Below, one piece after another: positions 34,978-47,044 of a stretch of DNA of 64,000 nucleotides. A program made the translations under genes and the position numbers. Below the pieces are notes generated by a model. It made no database searches. It was given only the letters and a program-made list of their open reading frames with translations, and was not told where the DNA came from. The first letter of the stretch is position 1; every line of letters begins with the position of its first letter. Where the stretch lies: assembly GCA_963709405.1 (NCBI GenBank), contig CAVPXM010000038.1, positions 96,867 to 160,866 of the forward strand, in the 5' to 3' direction. This stretch comes from an uncultured Nitrososphaerales archaeon (lineage in GTDB: Archaea > Thermoproteota > Nitrososphaeria > Nitrososphaerales > Nitrososphaeraceae).

Positions 34978-35464
34978 GGAAGAAATTAGCTCTTATTTTA
35001 AAATCTACCGTCAACCTCTTGCTTATTTGTTGTATCATATACATAGATATAAGGTATACGGATAGTTAGAAGAGCTTACGTACTTTCTATTCTTTTGGTG
35101 ATATATTCCAAATGTATACATAATAACATGTAAACCACTTAATTTCTGTACATTTTATAAGTAATATTAATATTTCATTATTTTGACTTAGAGTAATGTA
35201 GCTGTAGCATCCAAGAATTGAACCTGAAATCCATTCGTCTCAGCTGCTCAAGCATAGGTTTACATCCGTGTAATGATCATTCATAGTCAACTTCAAGCTA
35301 TTGTAGAGTAGAATTAGGTGAGCAGATTCAAACCTCATGGTCGTAGGTCATTATCTAAGATACAAGTTCTATTCAGTTGATAAAATATAGCTATTTGTTT
35401 TATAGCTAGATTATCATCCAAAACACTAATAGCAACGTTTAGCCAACTAATTAACAAATGGATT

Positions 35465-36292
35465 ATGATAAGAGAAGATAAACTTCAAGAGAAGAAGTTG
35501 AGGGGTTCTGGCGGCTATGTGATAGCGAATGTAACAGACGAAGAGCAGAAGAGTGGAAATTTGGGAGGGCCGGAATTATTTCTTGCAGGTATTGGTAGGT
35601 TGCAGGAAGACCGTTTCTCAAAATATTATTGCAATAAATGTGAAAGACAACATGAGGGATCACCTAAAATTAGATATGACAATCCGAATGAGCAGCTTGG
35701 GGAGGGCATAACTTTAATCGAGAAGGGGGAATACAGTTGTGGAGTATGTAATAATACTATTGCGCAATATCGAAAATTCGAGAATAATTCAACATCTCCA
35801 GATGAAGTAAAAGTCGGCTCGTCAAATCAAGAAGTAAGTGATAATTTGTCTGATATTAAGAACGAATCCACCCCATCAGGAGAGCTTAGCAGTCGCAACA
35901 TTTCTTCCTATATTCCATCTAGATCATCAATAAGACAAGGTGAATTCTTTCCCATTCAATTACTGATCGGAATGCCCGCTTATGATAGCGGAGCAATGTT
36001 AATTGGAAATGTGCAGGAAGTTGGGCTTCGGAGATCATTGAGTGGAAATGTAAAAATAAATGTTAAGATTAGGGAAGTTCACAAAGATGATTCTACTAAT
36101 AGTAATAGCGGCGCCATCGATGTATCCTGGGACAATATTTCAAAAATAGGTGACATTATTCTTGTGAATACGGGCTCACAATCGAACGATGCTATTGCCG
36201 GTTCTGGTTCTAATTCTATAAAGTGCAGATCCTGCGGATACCAAAATAATGCCAGCGCGCAATACTGCGAGGATTGCGGCTCAAAGGTTTAG
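35465..36292 (+). CDS. Zinc-ribbon / PRC-barrel / zinc-ribbon protein
   Basis: CNKC..CGVC; LIGMPAYDSGAMLIGNVQEV..VSWDNISKIGDIILV PRC barrel; CRSCG..CEDCG. Confidence 0.75.
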   Translation: MIREDKLQEKKLRGSGGYVIANVTDEEQKSGNLGGPELFLAGIGRLQEDRFSKYYCNKCERQHEGSPKIRYDNPNEQLGEGITLIEKGEYSCGVCNNTIAQYRKFENNSTSPDEVKVGSSNQEVSDNLSDIKNESTPSGELSSRNISSYIPSRSSIRQGEFFPIQLLIGMPAYDSGAMLIGNVQEVGLRRSLSGNVKINVKIREVHKDDSTNSNSGAIDVSWDNISKIGDIILVNTGSQSNDAIAGSGSNSIKCRSCGYQNNASAQYCEDCGSKV

Positions 36293-37765
36293 CAGAAAAT
36301 AAATGTCATACGCATTGCTCTTAAATAATCTGATCTTTTGATCCGCATGGATTAAAAAAGATAACGGCGATGATCTGGTACTATTTCAAATCCTGAAATA
36401 AATCAACAGTCTATATATATCCAGTTGACAGTAATTTATATTATAGACCTATCAAAAAACATCTTTAGTTATTTCCACAGGAAAGCTATATGATGGAAAT
36501 TCGACCCGTCAACATGAAAACAGACGAGCAGAAGTACACCGAAAGTAGCTAAAAGACATATAGCGCTCATATTCGAGTGTTATTTCTTAAACTAATTGTA
36601 CAGATCGGTCATACAATCTTCAATATATTATATATCTTCTTAAGGAGATATAAAAATTACTTGAATCTTATAATAAATAAAAACATTTAAGAATTAATCG
36701 AAACGACTCAGTAAACCCACTTTTATAATAAAGCTGACATTGATTCATCAGAGCTTTAAATCGCCATCAGAAATAGATTTATCTAAAAAAATTCTACACT
36801 ATAAGGTGGACTGGAATTATTGACTCGTGATAATTTAGAAATCAACCTATGATAAAGATTAGAAAGGTTAGTATCATAACCTCGAAGTGTTAATTAATAA
36901 GTTAGAAGATAATCTTGTTCCATTTATCTACAAAACAGATCCATCTATTTTGTATGAATTCTGCTAGACCTTCGCATATGATATCACAACGTAAGAAAGT
37001 TGGAAGCTACTCGGAAAACAGGAAAAAATAATCACGACTAATCAGTTGTTGTTGTACGGTCATCAGCTAGTGTAATACAGACTTGCAGTAATAAGACAAC
37101 TTTTCTAATCCCGCATCTATATCAAGATGTATACAGGGTTGAAGGGATGTTACTGTAATGCTGATATTAGCAATGAATTCCGTTACAGATAAAGTTGAAT
37201 ATCTCCCTTATTCTTCAGTTCCGAATTGGGACCCTATAGATTATTATTTAGAACCACAACTATGAGACTCACGATATTCTTCCAACTCAAGATAAAAGGT
37301 TTGGTAAATACCATATACTTTTATGTTTAGTAGTACTTGATTTTTTCTATTATTAGTAATGGATTAGTGCAGTAGATCCAAAGCAAGAGTTGAAGAATGT
37401 AATTGTTATAGATGTAGATAATACTAGAATCATATGAAAATTTTGTATTTTATTTATACGCACAATGCAATTTATGCTAAAGTATATGTTTATCTTGCAG
37501 ATTTTAATAAAATTATCACAACTCCTGTGTGGAAGGTATTGTATATTTTTTTAGAATTCTTAAATATATCTTACTTGATATCATGTGTACGTCATCAAAC
37601 TTAAAACTTGATATTGTATATGGTTCTGGAGAACAGTATGAGATCGGTATATTCCTTTATTATTTGTTAGAGGTATACTTATTAGGTTTATGATGTCGAA
37701 TGCTGTCATTTGGAACACTTTTTTGTTATTCTGACATACAGTTTGCCATTGAAGGGCTGAAATAA

Positions 37766-37975
37766 TTGAGCTTTACTTCGATTCAAGCAAGCAAAAAGTT
37801 TCTTGAGGACACTAACTATTCATGTTCTAACTGCGGATCCCGTAATTTCATATCCCTTCAGAGAATCCCGATTGATAATAATATATGTATTCAGAAAGTA
37901 AAGTGTCACATATGCAAATTTGAATGGACACAATCTTGGTCGCAGGAACTTTTATTTAACAGTTTAAGTCGATGA
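37766..37975 (+). CDS. Small zinc-ribbon protein
   Basis: CSNCGS..CHIC..W, 69 aa, TTG start. Confidence 0.5.
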   Translation: MSFTSIQASKKFLEDTNYSCSNCGSRNFISLQRIPIDNNICIQKVKCHICKFEWTQSWSQELLFNSLSR

Positions 37976-38430
37976 TGATATCAAGTAAAATAGGCCTCGA
38001 TGTTGGTGAAGAATTGCATAGAGTCCTTTTTCATTCTGTTCCGTCACTGGATTTGAAACTCGAGATGGACAAGAGGTCTTGATTATAAGGTGGGGCACAC
38101 ATATGAAAATGCGGGCCGATCCGATCTCATCATTTACTCAACAGGATATAATAGTCAAAACGATATTCCAAGACTAGTAAATGTTGACGTATTTTTGTAA
38201 TAGTGGACAATTGCTGTTAACAGACAGGCTTGGGATTCAACGTCAGGCTTTCTATATCAAGATGCTGCTTCTCTGTTATTCTTATCCATAATAAAGACAC
38301 GAGGGAAGATTTGAAATTATTGAACCATCAAGAAGGTATCTAAACAACCACTTTGAGATTCTAGATGGTTATTAATTAAAGTAATTATATTTTTATAACT
38401 AGAAAATAAATAATATGTAGGTGTTCATAG

Positions 38431-38827
38431 TTATATAGCTACAAAATAGCCTACGACGCGGATTGCTCTCCTTGTGCTAGGTTCAAACGCATCATCGATT
38501 TTTTCGATGTATACAAGATGATACATTTCGTATCGCTGACAGAAGCAGACAAATCAGGTTTGCTTGACCAAATTCCACAATCTATAAGGTTTAAGTCCTT
38601 TCATCTGATATCTCCTAGTGGTGATATACAAAGTGGCGCAGAAGCTCTTATTGATTTAATAACGCTGCCTGCCCCTAGGACACAGTATTTCAAAACTAAT
38701 TATATTATTACCATCAGGAATACAAATGACTAAATTTTTTTACAAGATATTTTCAAGATCACATGATAAGGGCTCGTGTCATTTTAGGGCAAAAGATACT
38801 AGCGATAGGAAATATATTTCGTTGTAG
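38431..38827 (+). pseudogene. DCC-family thiol-disulfide oxidoreductase; frameshift at 38669, no clear start
   Basis: YDADCSPC (DxxCxxC) in frame upstream of ORF 38518, SFHLI..G....GAEA; C-terminus in next frame. Confidence 0.65.
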
Positions 38828-39140
38828 TTGCTTCTTCTTTTCAAGTATTAACATTGGATCATTATTTTTATTCCTTTATTGGAAACGAGATCGATAACAA
38901 AAGACACTCTCATTTTGTACTTCAATCCGGACTTTATCTATCCAGGTCCACCTTGTTTATAAAGACCTAATCCTTTTCTTTGTCACCTTTATAGTAAGTC
39001 CAATCCACGAGGTCTTCTGAAAATCGCCGTACTCAGGATCTCTCAAGTCGATGCACCTGCGATACAACTTGAGAAAATCTGCGGAGGCAAATTGTATAAG
39101 ATTTTGGCGATGGTTGTTGTACTCACATGATAGAAACAGT

Positions 39141-40491
39141 TTAAGGGGCCTTCAAAGAAGGCACTATCTTATATACTGTTCCGTCATATCCCAGAACATA
39201 CAAATAACCGTCAGGACTCACCTGCAAGTCCGTAATTAGACCAAATCCCTTTCCCAGTACAATTCCTCCTTGTTCAGATTGAACTTGACTATTTGCAACT
39301 CCATTCGCAAGCGGACCATTCAATACAAGTCCGGTCCTCTGTGTAGTTAATTTAAAGTTATACAAATTACCTGTAAGAACATCTCCTACAAACATGGTGT
39401 TTTGATACTGTTTTCCTAATTTATCAGAACTTAAGAATTTTAGAGCTGTAGGTGCTACTGGCTGATTCCAAACAAACTTAGGATCGGTGTAAACCCCCTT
39501 TCCACCAAGATTAACTAGATCTTTAGTAGGATCTGCTTTTCCAGCAAGTTGATCCTTTGCAAAACCCTGAATTTTAACCCATCCACTGTTGAACCCGGCT
39601 TTGACTAGGTTAATTTCATCACCAAAAGAGGGACCATTCTCTGTATCCCATAGCGTTCCTGTGACGGGATCAAAGTCCATACCAAAGCCGTTGCGGATAC
39701 CATAGGCATAATAAATATCTAATGGCTTTGTACCTCCTAATGGTGGATTTGGTGCTACTTGCCCATCTTGTGTTATCCTCAATATGCCTCCAGTGCCATC
39801 AAAAGCTGGTCCATCTATAACATTTTGAGCCTGACCTCTATGATCACCAACATCACCAATAATTGCGTATACATTATGATCTGGACCAATTACAAGTTTT
39901 CCGCCATTATGATTGCCTTCCCCTCCTGGGGCTGGTGTACCAGGCAAATCCAAGAGTAGTTTAGGATTGACGAGTTGTTGGTTATTACTAGTTAATTCAA
40001 ATCTATAAATCCGATTGCCTGCTACAGTGCCGCCAGTGCCGGCCTCTGTATAATATAAAAATACATACGTGGGCGTATGATTGTTCGTACTTTTTTGTAC
40101 AGCAATTCCCAGCAGACCACGCTCAATTTGGGCAGCAACATTAACATGGAGTAATGGTGATCCCTGCATCTTGCCATTTACAATTCTAATAACATCTCCT
40201 GTCTTTTTTTCTACCACCAAAAAATCATCTGGGCCCAAAAAGACCATACTGGTTGGAATATGAAGCCCACTGAAAATTGTCTGGGCTTTTAGATTTGGAT
40301 CACTAAGAGTCGGTCCACTTGCTGATGGTACAGCTTTGACATAAGCAAGCAGCCGCATGGTCATGAAAGGTATATGATAATAGTGAATTATTAACAAGAA
40401 GAAAGATTGTTGCTACTACCCCAACGACAAGTAGTCTATCATTATTAATGTTATTATTACGACATGATAAAAAAATTCTTCTAATAATCAT
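39141..40491 (-). CDS. Secreted PQQ-dependent sugar dehydrogenase (glucose/sorbosone family); frameshift near 40347
   Basis: ERGLLGIA, HNGG, YAYGIRNGFGMDFDP, ENGP..DEIN; hydrophobic N-terminus lies in ORF 40303-40491. Confidence 0.85.
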
Positions 40492-41000
40492 TCAGGCAAG
40501 ATCACCGTATCATTGGATATAAAAATCTTTTTGCAAGATTTTATCAAGTAACTGAACCATTTTAATAAAAACTTGGAGTATAAAATCAGGTCATAAGTAG
40601 AAAGTAGATGAGGTTGGTTTTGATGCAATTTCGAGCACTATATAGAGAAAAATCTAATAGTAAAAGGTATGCGGCCCTAGTATAAATTAACACGGTACTA
40701 TGATCATATTTTTCTTTTCAAGGCATCAGAAACTATGGACTGACTATAACGATGTCTTTTAATGATAAAGATTCTTCAGGAAGAGCTAAAGATATAAGAA
40801 TTCAGTGAAATATTACTACCAATAGGAACGAGGTGGAACGCTTGGATCAAAGATGCCCTCAAAAATAGTTGATGAGCTGTCAACAAGTATAAGCAGGCTC
40901 AGTTAGATAATTTCTATCTTTTATATCATATGCAGGTAATAAGACTTCAAAACTCCTAGGGCTAGGGCTAGAGGCATTGAGGCAAATGTACTGTTTGAAA

Positions 41001-41980
41001 ATGAGCAAAGCAACGAGATCTCTTCTTGTTACGACGATTTTCTCGATTATTATCATTATGTCCTCATGGGCGTGACATGTACTAGTAGTAATGGTGATAT
41101 AATTATCAAGTTCGCTTGTGGTCAACCTAGTAGAATGAAGATCAATATTGAAGATTGAATAAACTCAGAGAATATTCCTGCCAGAAGGTCTGTGTAGGAG
41201 ATATTAATATTGAATACAAGACCCATTGGAAACGTGGACCCGTTATTGCTTATTAGTGGTAGTGGACTTGTCATGGATGCTTTGGAGCCCTCATTTTTAA
41301 AAGATGTATCCTCAAACCACACAGCAATCATATTTGATAACCATGGAGTTGGAAATACAACGTCTGACGCTAAACGATTTTCAATTCAGCAATTTGCAGA
41401 TGATACAGTGGCCTTTCTCGATGTCCTAAAAGTGCAAAAAGCAGATGTTGTGGGGTCTTCAATGGAATCCTTTATAGCTCAAGAACTTGCGCTCTTACGT
41501 CCCGAAAAAGTCAACAAGTTTGTACTTTATGATGCAAGATGTGGCGGTAGGGAAGGTATACCTCAAGACCCTAAAGCAGCAAAAGTTTTATCTGATTTTG
41601 TAAACAATCGAGTGCAAGATATAGATAAAATCTTATCCGTCACATTTCCATCAGAATGGATTAAATCTCATGCAAATGTTGGCCTTCCACAATCTAAAGA
41701 AATTATTAGCTCAGAAACTCTAAAGAGACAGTTTCAATTGGTAGAAGACTGGTTTGCAACAATTGGAATGGTGTTAGTAACTAACTGTCTAAATATCTGA
41801 ACCAACATTAGTCATAACTGGAACTGAATGTTTCTGTGCCTGCGGCTAATTCATTAATGATGGTGCAAAAAATCCCAGCAGCCTGGCTTGTGCAGATAAA
41901 GGCAGCTGGACAGTGGTTAATGTATCGAGAATCCGGAACGATCTAGCAGATTTGTAAAGACAATTTTGGAAAGTAGTTGA
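41001..41980 (+). pseudogene. Alpha/beta hydrolase, degraded
   Basis: PLLLISG, FDNHGVG, FSIQQFADD, GSSME nucleophile elbow; several frameshifts and stops at both ends. Confidence 0.7.
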
Positions 41981-42136
41981 TCAATTAGACCTCATAGAAA
42001 ATTGGTTTCTGAACAACTAAACAACTAATTGACATTCTTCCAGCATTTTGAAAATTAAGTGGTATTATTTTGTGACTACGTTAGAACTGAGTCCATCATA
42101 AAAGATTTCACTTATAGTTAGAAATTAGCGTTTGCT

Positions 42137-43132
42137 ATGCTTAATAATTATTTGAGTATTTCTTATATTAGTGAGTTGAAAGTAGGACTAAGACTTCCCC
42201 AAACTACCAAGAATCATGCTACAAAAGATAATATCTTGAACTTAGCTAAGCAAGCAGAAAATGCCGGATTTGACTCTTTGTGGGTGTTAGAGAGATTGAT
42301 TTGGCCAATCGATCCACTAACTCCTTATCCTAGAAGTAAAGACGGAAGCTTTCCTTTTGATTGGCAATATATCTTTGATCCGTTAGAAACACTTACTTTT
42401 GTAGCGGCAAATACAGAGAAAATCTATTTGGGGACTTCTGTCATCGATATGTTATTTCACAATCCAGTGATACTTGCCAAAAGATTTGCTACACTAGATA
42501 TACTATCTAATGGGAGATCTATGGCCGGGCTAGGTATTGGATGGTCTGAAGATGAATATCGTGTTTCTAATATTCCTTTCAAAGATAGAGGTAAGCGAGC
42601 AGATGAATATCTGCAACTATTAAAAAAGATGTGGACAGATAATATTGTAGAATTTAAAGGACAATTTTATAATATTCCACCCTCGATAGTGGGACCGAAA
42701 CCGATTCAGAAACCACATATTCCAATTTATCTTGGTGGATATAATCAAAAGACGTTTGCTAGGATAGCAGGTCATGCTAACGGATGGATTTGTGTTATAC
42801 ACGATTCATTGGAACAGCTCAAGGCTTATTTAGATAAAATAAAGTCTGAATGCTATAAGATAAGCAGAGATCCCAAAGAAATTCATGTTGCTGCAATACT
42901 ATATCCTAATATTGCAGATTCAGCTAATCATCTAGATAGTAAAGAACAAGATAACAACAAGCATCACAGGGGCCTCTTACATGGAAGCATTGATCAGGTA
43001 GGGAACGATTTAATAGCAATCAGGAAATTAGGAGTAGATCACATAATACTCAACTATAACCGATCATTAGTAAGCAATGATATAGATACCATAATCGATT
43101 TATCAAAGCAACTTGCTTCATTCGTAAAGTAA
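42137..43132 (+). CDS. LLM-class (probably F420-dependent) oxidoreductase
   Basis: AENAGFDSLWV.ER, DPLETL, LGTSV, LDILSNGR, GIGW..DE, PKPIQKPH. Confidence 0.9.
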   Translation: MLNNYLSISYISELKVGLRLPQTTKNHATKDNILNLAKQAENAGFDSLWVLERLIWPIDPLTPYPRSKDGSFPFDWQYIFDPLETLTFVAANTEKIYLGTSVIDMLFHNPVILAKRFATLDILSNGRSMAGLGIGWSEDEYRVSNIPFKDRGKRADEYLQLLKKMWTDNIVEFKGQFYNIPPSIVGPKPIQKPHIPIYLGGYNQKTFARIAGHANGWICVIHDSLEQLKAYLDKIKSECYKISRDPKEIHVAAILYPNIADSANHLDSKEQDNNKHHRGLLHGSIDQVGNDLIAIRKLGVDHIILNYNRSLVSNDIDTIIDLSKQLASFVK

Positions 43133-43429
43133 AATTACGTCATTTTAGCAATGAGGCATTTTGTCGTCGAGAAGATCGATATACGGGGTTTTCGATTACT
43201 CCGATGTACAAATTTTGGCAAATCACAAAGACAATCGTTATGATTATATTACTAGATATTCCTAAGCAATAAAATATTTAAGCAAAGAACACTAGTCTTC
43301 CGAGGTTGAGATGTATTAGAAGCTTTAGCTGGAGCATATCGAGGATTATATAACGAAGCCTTTTGGTAAGAAGACAACACTATCCTAGAGAAGGACATCA
43401 AAGCTTGAATATTCAATCCTATTTACCTG

Positions 43430-43757
43430 GTGTATCACGAAAACGAAATATGTTCATTGCAGAGCGTTTATTTCATCATTGATAAAAGGATATGGTAAGC
43501 ATTCAATATCTACAGATGGTGGTACATGGTATCCACAAGCTTACAGATACTTGAGATTAAATCATCACATCCATTCTCCATTTGAGAAATGTCTTATTGA
43601 AAGAACAATACAGTATATCAAGGATAGAACCGGGAGTTTTGACGACTACTCTCCTTGTAGAAAAGAGAATTGTAGACTAAGACATGTACAAAACTGGCTG
43701 ATCCTTTTCCTAAATATGCATAACAATGGGGTGATTAACGCTTAAGGTAACAGAGTT
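43430..43757 (+). mobile_element. IS6-family fragment (3' half of transposase plus degenerate TIR)
   Basis: YGKHSISTDGGTWYPQA, IERTIQYIKDRT..FDDY; ends TTAAGGTAACAGAGTT, resembling the TIR at 5977. Confidence 0.8.
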
Positions 43758-43890
43758 GTCCATTTTGAGGTTTTGTTTAGTAGTAGACAGAGCAAGGGCC
43801 AAGAGGAGGTTATGTTTACACGTGAATATTATGTAGGATCTTAGATGCTCATGAATATTAATAATAACAGGCTTGCATAGAAAATCGGTA

Positions 43891-44460
43891 ATGGCTAAAA
43901 TTGCTTTAATAGTAGGCTCGGTTAGACATGATAGACAGGGCATCAAAGTAGCTCATTGGATGGAAGAGAAACTAAAAAATCGCAATCATATTGTATTTTT
44001 TATTGATCCAATTGAGCTTAATTTGCCTTTGCTGGATAGGATGTATAAGGAGATGTTAAATCCTCCAGAAAAGCTAAGAGATCTTTGGAACAAAATTAAA
44101 GATGCAGAAGGATATCTACCTGTTACTCCAGAATACAATCATAGTACTTCTGCTGCAATGAAAAATACATTGGATTATTTTTTGGAAGAGTATTATTTCA
44201 AACCTTCTGCTATAGTATCTTATTCTCCAGGAGGTTTCGGTGGCATCAATGCAGCTCAACATTTGAGATTAATATTTGCTGAATTGGGAGCACCATCTAT
44301 ACCTTCATCATTTTCAATATCAAGAGTACACGAGGTTTTTGATGAAAATGGAAAACTAATCGATGACAGGTATGAAAAACGAGTCAAACGATTCGTAGAA
44401 GAATTTGAGTGGTATATTGAAGCCTTGAAAAATCAAAGAACAATGGGTACTCCATATTAA
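43891..44460 (+). CDS. NADPH-dependent FMN reductase
   Basis: IVGSVR, VTPEYNHS..AMKN.LD, KP..IVSYS.G.FGG. Confidence 0.9.
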   Translation: MAKIALIVGSVRHDRQGIKVAHWMEEKLKNRNHIVFFIDPIELNLPLLDRMYKEMLNPPEKLRDLWNKIKDAEGYLPVTPEYNHSTSAAMKNTLDYFLEEYYFKPSAIVSYSPGGFGGINAAQHLRLIFAELGAPSIPSSFSISRVHEVFDENGKLIDDRYEKRVKRFVEEFEWYIEALKNQRTMGTPY

Positions 44461-44839
44461 ATTGAAATTCTGAAACATGATCTAATATAGAAGGTATATA
44501 GATTTTATTTGCGTGTCTAGCAATCTCGGCTAGCCTACATCATACATAATCTGGAGCTTCCAAACCGTAGGTCGAATTTGGTTGCCGTATTCCCACAGTA
44601 TTAAGCTAGGAAAGAGAATAGAGTATGGCGGAAGGTTTCCAGAAATAAGAACTAACAATAATCTCATCGTTGAATTCAGGCTCAGCAATGGTATCACTTA
44701 CAATAAAAAAGTTTTGGCATCTACCACTAAAAATGATTCTAATGTTTGAAAAATATTTCCTTTAACAATAGTAATTGTTGTGTGGGGATGCATCTCAGCT
44801 TTTTGAGAAAGCCTTAAATTAGATAATCTGGCAACACGC

Positions 44840-45899
44840 ATGTTGAAGATCGTAGCAATCCTCTATCCTGGAGGAGAAGCAGCAAAGAATAATCCGGATT
44901 TACTAGGTTGTGCAGAAAACGGCCTTGGTCTAAGGGATTTTCTTGAAAAGGAAGGTCATGAACTTGTAGTCCTTACGGACCAAGAGTCTGGGCTTGACAA
45001 GCATCTCCCCACTACCGATGTTCTAATTACGACTCCATTCTGGCCAGCTTATATTACAAAAGAAAGACTCACGAAGGCGCCAAAGCTTCGACTGATTCTG
45101 ACTGCCGGGGTTGGTTCTGATCATATAGATCTGGCTGCTGCTGCGAGCACACGGCATTACCGTGGCTGAGATTACAGGGAGCAATGTTGTAAGTGTGGCC
45201 GAGCAGGTGGTAATGCATATTTTAGCCCTAGTTCGAAATTACATTCCTGCTTACAAACAAGTTCTTGATGGTAAATGGGATATTGCAGAAATTGCTGCAA
45301 ATGCACATGATTTGGAAGGCAAAACTGTTGGAGTTATAGGGACCGGGAGGATCGGACAGCGAGTATGTACAAGGCTCAAGGGGTTCGATATTAACTTACT
45401 ATACTATAACAATTTTCGACTCAGTACAGTTGAAGAATTTGTACTTGGTATACGCTATACTCCTTTAGAACAATTAATCGAAAAATCAGATATCATTACT
45501 ATCAATACCCCTTTGACTCCAGAAACAGACGGCATGTTTAATCGAGATCTCTTGTTCAGGATGAAAAAGGGTGCATACCTTGTCAATACCGCTCGAGGCA
45601 AGATCATTGATACCCATGCGCTTGTTGAAGCCTTAGAGAAAGGCCATCTGGCAGGATACGCTGGAGACGTATGGTTCCCCGAGCCGGCGCCTATCGACCA
45701 CCCATGGAGAAATATGCCAAACCACGGAATGGTGCATCATTACTCTGGTACGACTCTAGAAGCACAAAAGAGATACGCAGATGGGATAAAAAACTGCCTT
45801 TTGAATTTTCTAAATGGACGTGCGATTGAGCGAGATTACCTAATAGTAGATGACGGTAAGGTAGTGAGTCCCAGTTACAGCTACGCTTTCAAGAGATAA
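44840..45899 (+). CDS. fdh: Metal-independent NAD(P)-dependent formate dehydrogenase; frameshift near 45145
   Basis: LLGCAENGLG, TTPFWPAY, TAGVGSDHIDL, AEITGSNVVSVAE, GTGRIG, VNTARG, GYAGDVW, HPWR.MP, HYSGTTL. Confidence 0.9.
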
Positions 45900-46521
45900 T
45901 CGAAGCGACATTCCACTGTCCAGTTGTCTTTATTAGGATCGGATACAAGCCTATCTAAGCCTGCTATTGTTGGTCCGATGCTGCTAACTTAAGGAATCCT
46001 ATCGGAGATTGCTCCTAACCCAAGCATGAAATCGCTAGCGATATCTATCGACTATTTCGCACCAACAGTGGTCACTTAATACCATGCATTAGAGGACACC
46101 AGTTGCGTCTTCGAATTCAACGAAAGTGAAGCTATCTTATCGCAATGCCTAAGAATAATGATTTTATTAATGCAGATTTGCGAAAAGATTCCTGTAAGGA
46201 GCTTGAGAACGCAGAATGTCATCATCGAATTGAATGGGAATAGCATCTGCGTGTAGTAACAATCACTATTTATAATTATGCAGTAAAGGCAAATGATGTT
46301 ATGGCAATATCATGGTGATATTAGTTATCTTTAGCTACTTGAAAAGACTCCATTTTTCTCATACAGAAAGACTTCTTACAACATTATCGTTGTAAGAAAA
46401 TACATTGGCTTTGCCATACTAATTGAATTCATCCACGACAATCGATATATTTCAATATTGGTAATACCTTGTGAAGTCAGTGTTATGCATACATGTGATT
46501 ATTGAGCCAACACAAGTCAAT

Positions 46522-46725
46522 TTAGTCCTTTGATTTTGTTTTGCCATAGCAAATCATAAGACCTACACAGATAAATCCGATGATCTCTGGTATTACGAAT
46601 AGCTTGAATCCCTCTTCACCAGAGGCAGTATAGTACACCAAACTAGTAACAGGACCTCCTACTAGGCCACCAAATATGCCAGCCAAGATGGCTATTGTTA
46701 TAATTCTGTCTTTATTCAGCATCAC
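46522..46725 (-). CDS. Small two-helix membrane protein
   Basis: Two hydrophobic segments in 67 aa with basic C-terminus. Confidence 0.5.
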   Translation of the reverse strand: MMLNKDRIITIAILAGIFGGLVGGPVTSLVYYTASGEEGFKLFVIPEIIGFICVGLMICYGKTKSKD

Positions 46726-47044
46726 GGATTCAGTAGTGTCATCGAGTATCTTAGGCTATTATTGTTACGTTACTTAGCAGTTACAGATGACATGTTTTAA
46801 CATATTCATGCATTCTGTTCAGTGATTCATCCTTGACCTATCGTAGTATATGATTGCGTACTAAACGCAGAAGAGCCATTACAATAAACAGTCATTTAGG
46901 ATTAGAGCAGTGGAAAGTCTATCAGATAATATCGTTAACTGACACGTTAAGTTTCTATCCTATATGTTTGCACGAAGACGTTAGAAAAAAGGAAAAGATG
47001 TGTGTTTATTCGTTCTTGTTACTTTGTCTATCTGGTCAGGCCAT

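Noticed and set aside
36470-36500. ORB-like TTCCACAGGAAA suggesting a replication origin
   Set aside because: Single weak match, no repeats and no cdc6/orc1 in the window
44510-44600. tRNA-Gly-like fragment (CTTCCAAACCGTAGGTCG..TTCCCAC)
   Set aside because: No cloverleaf could be built; acceptor stem and T-arm missing
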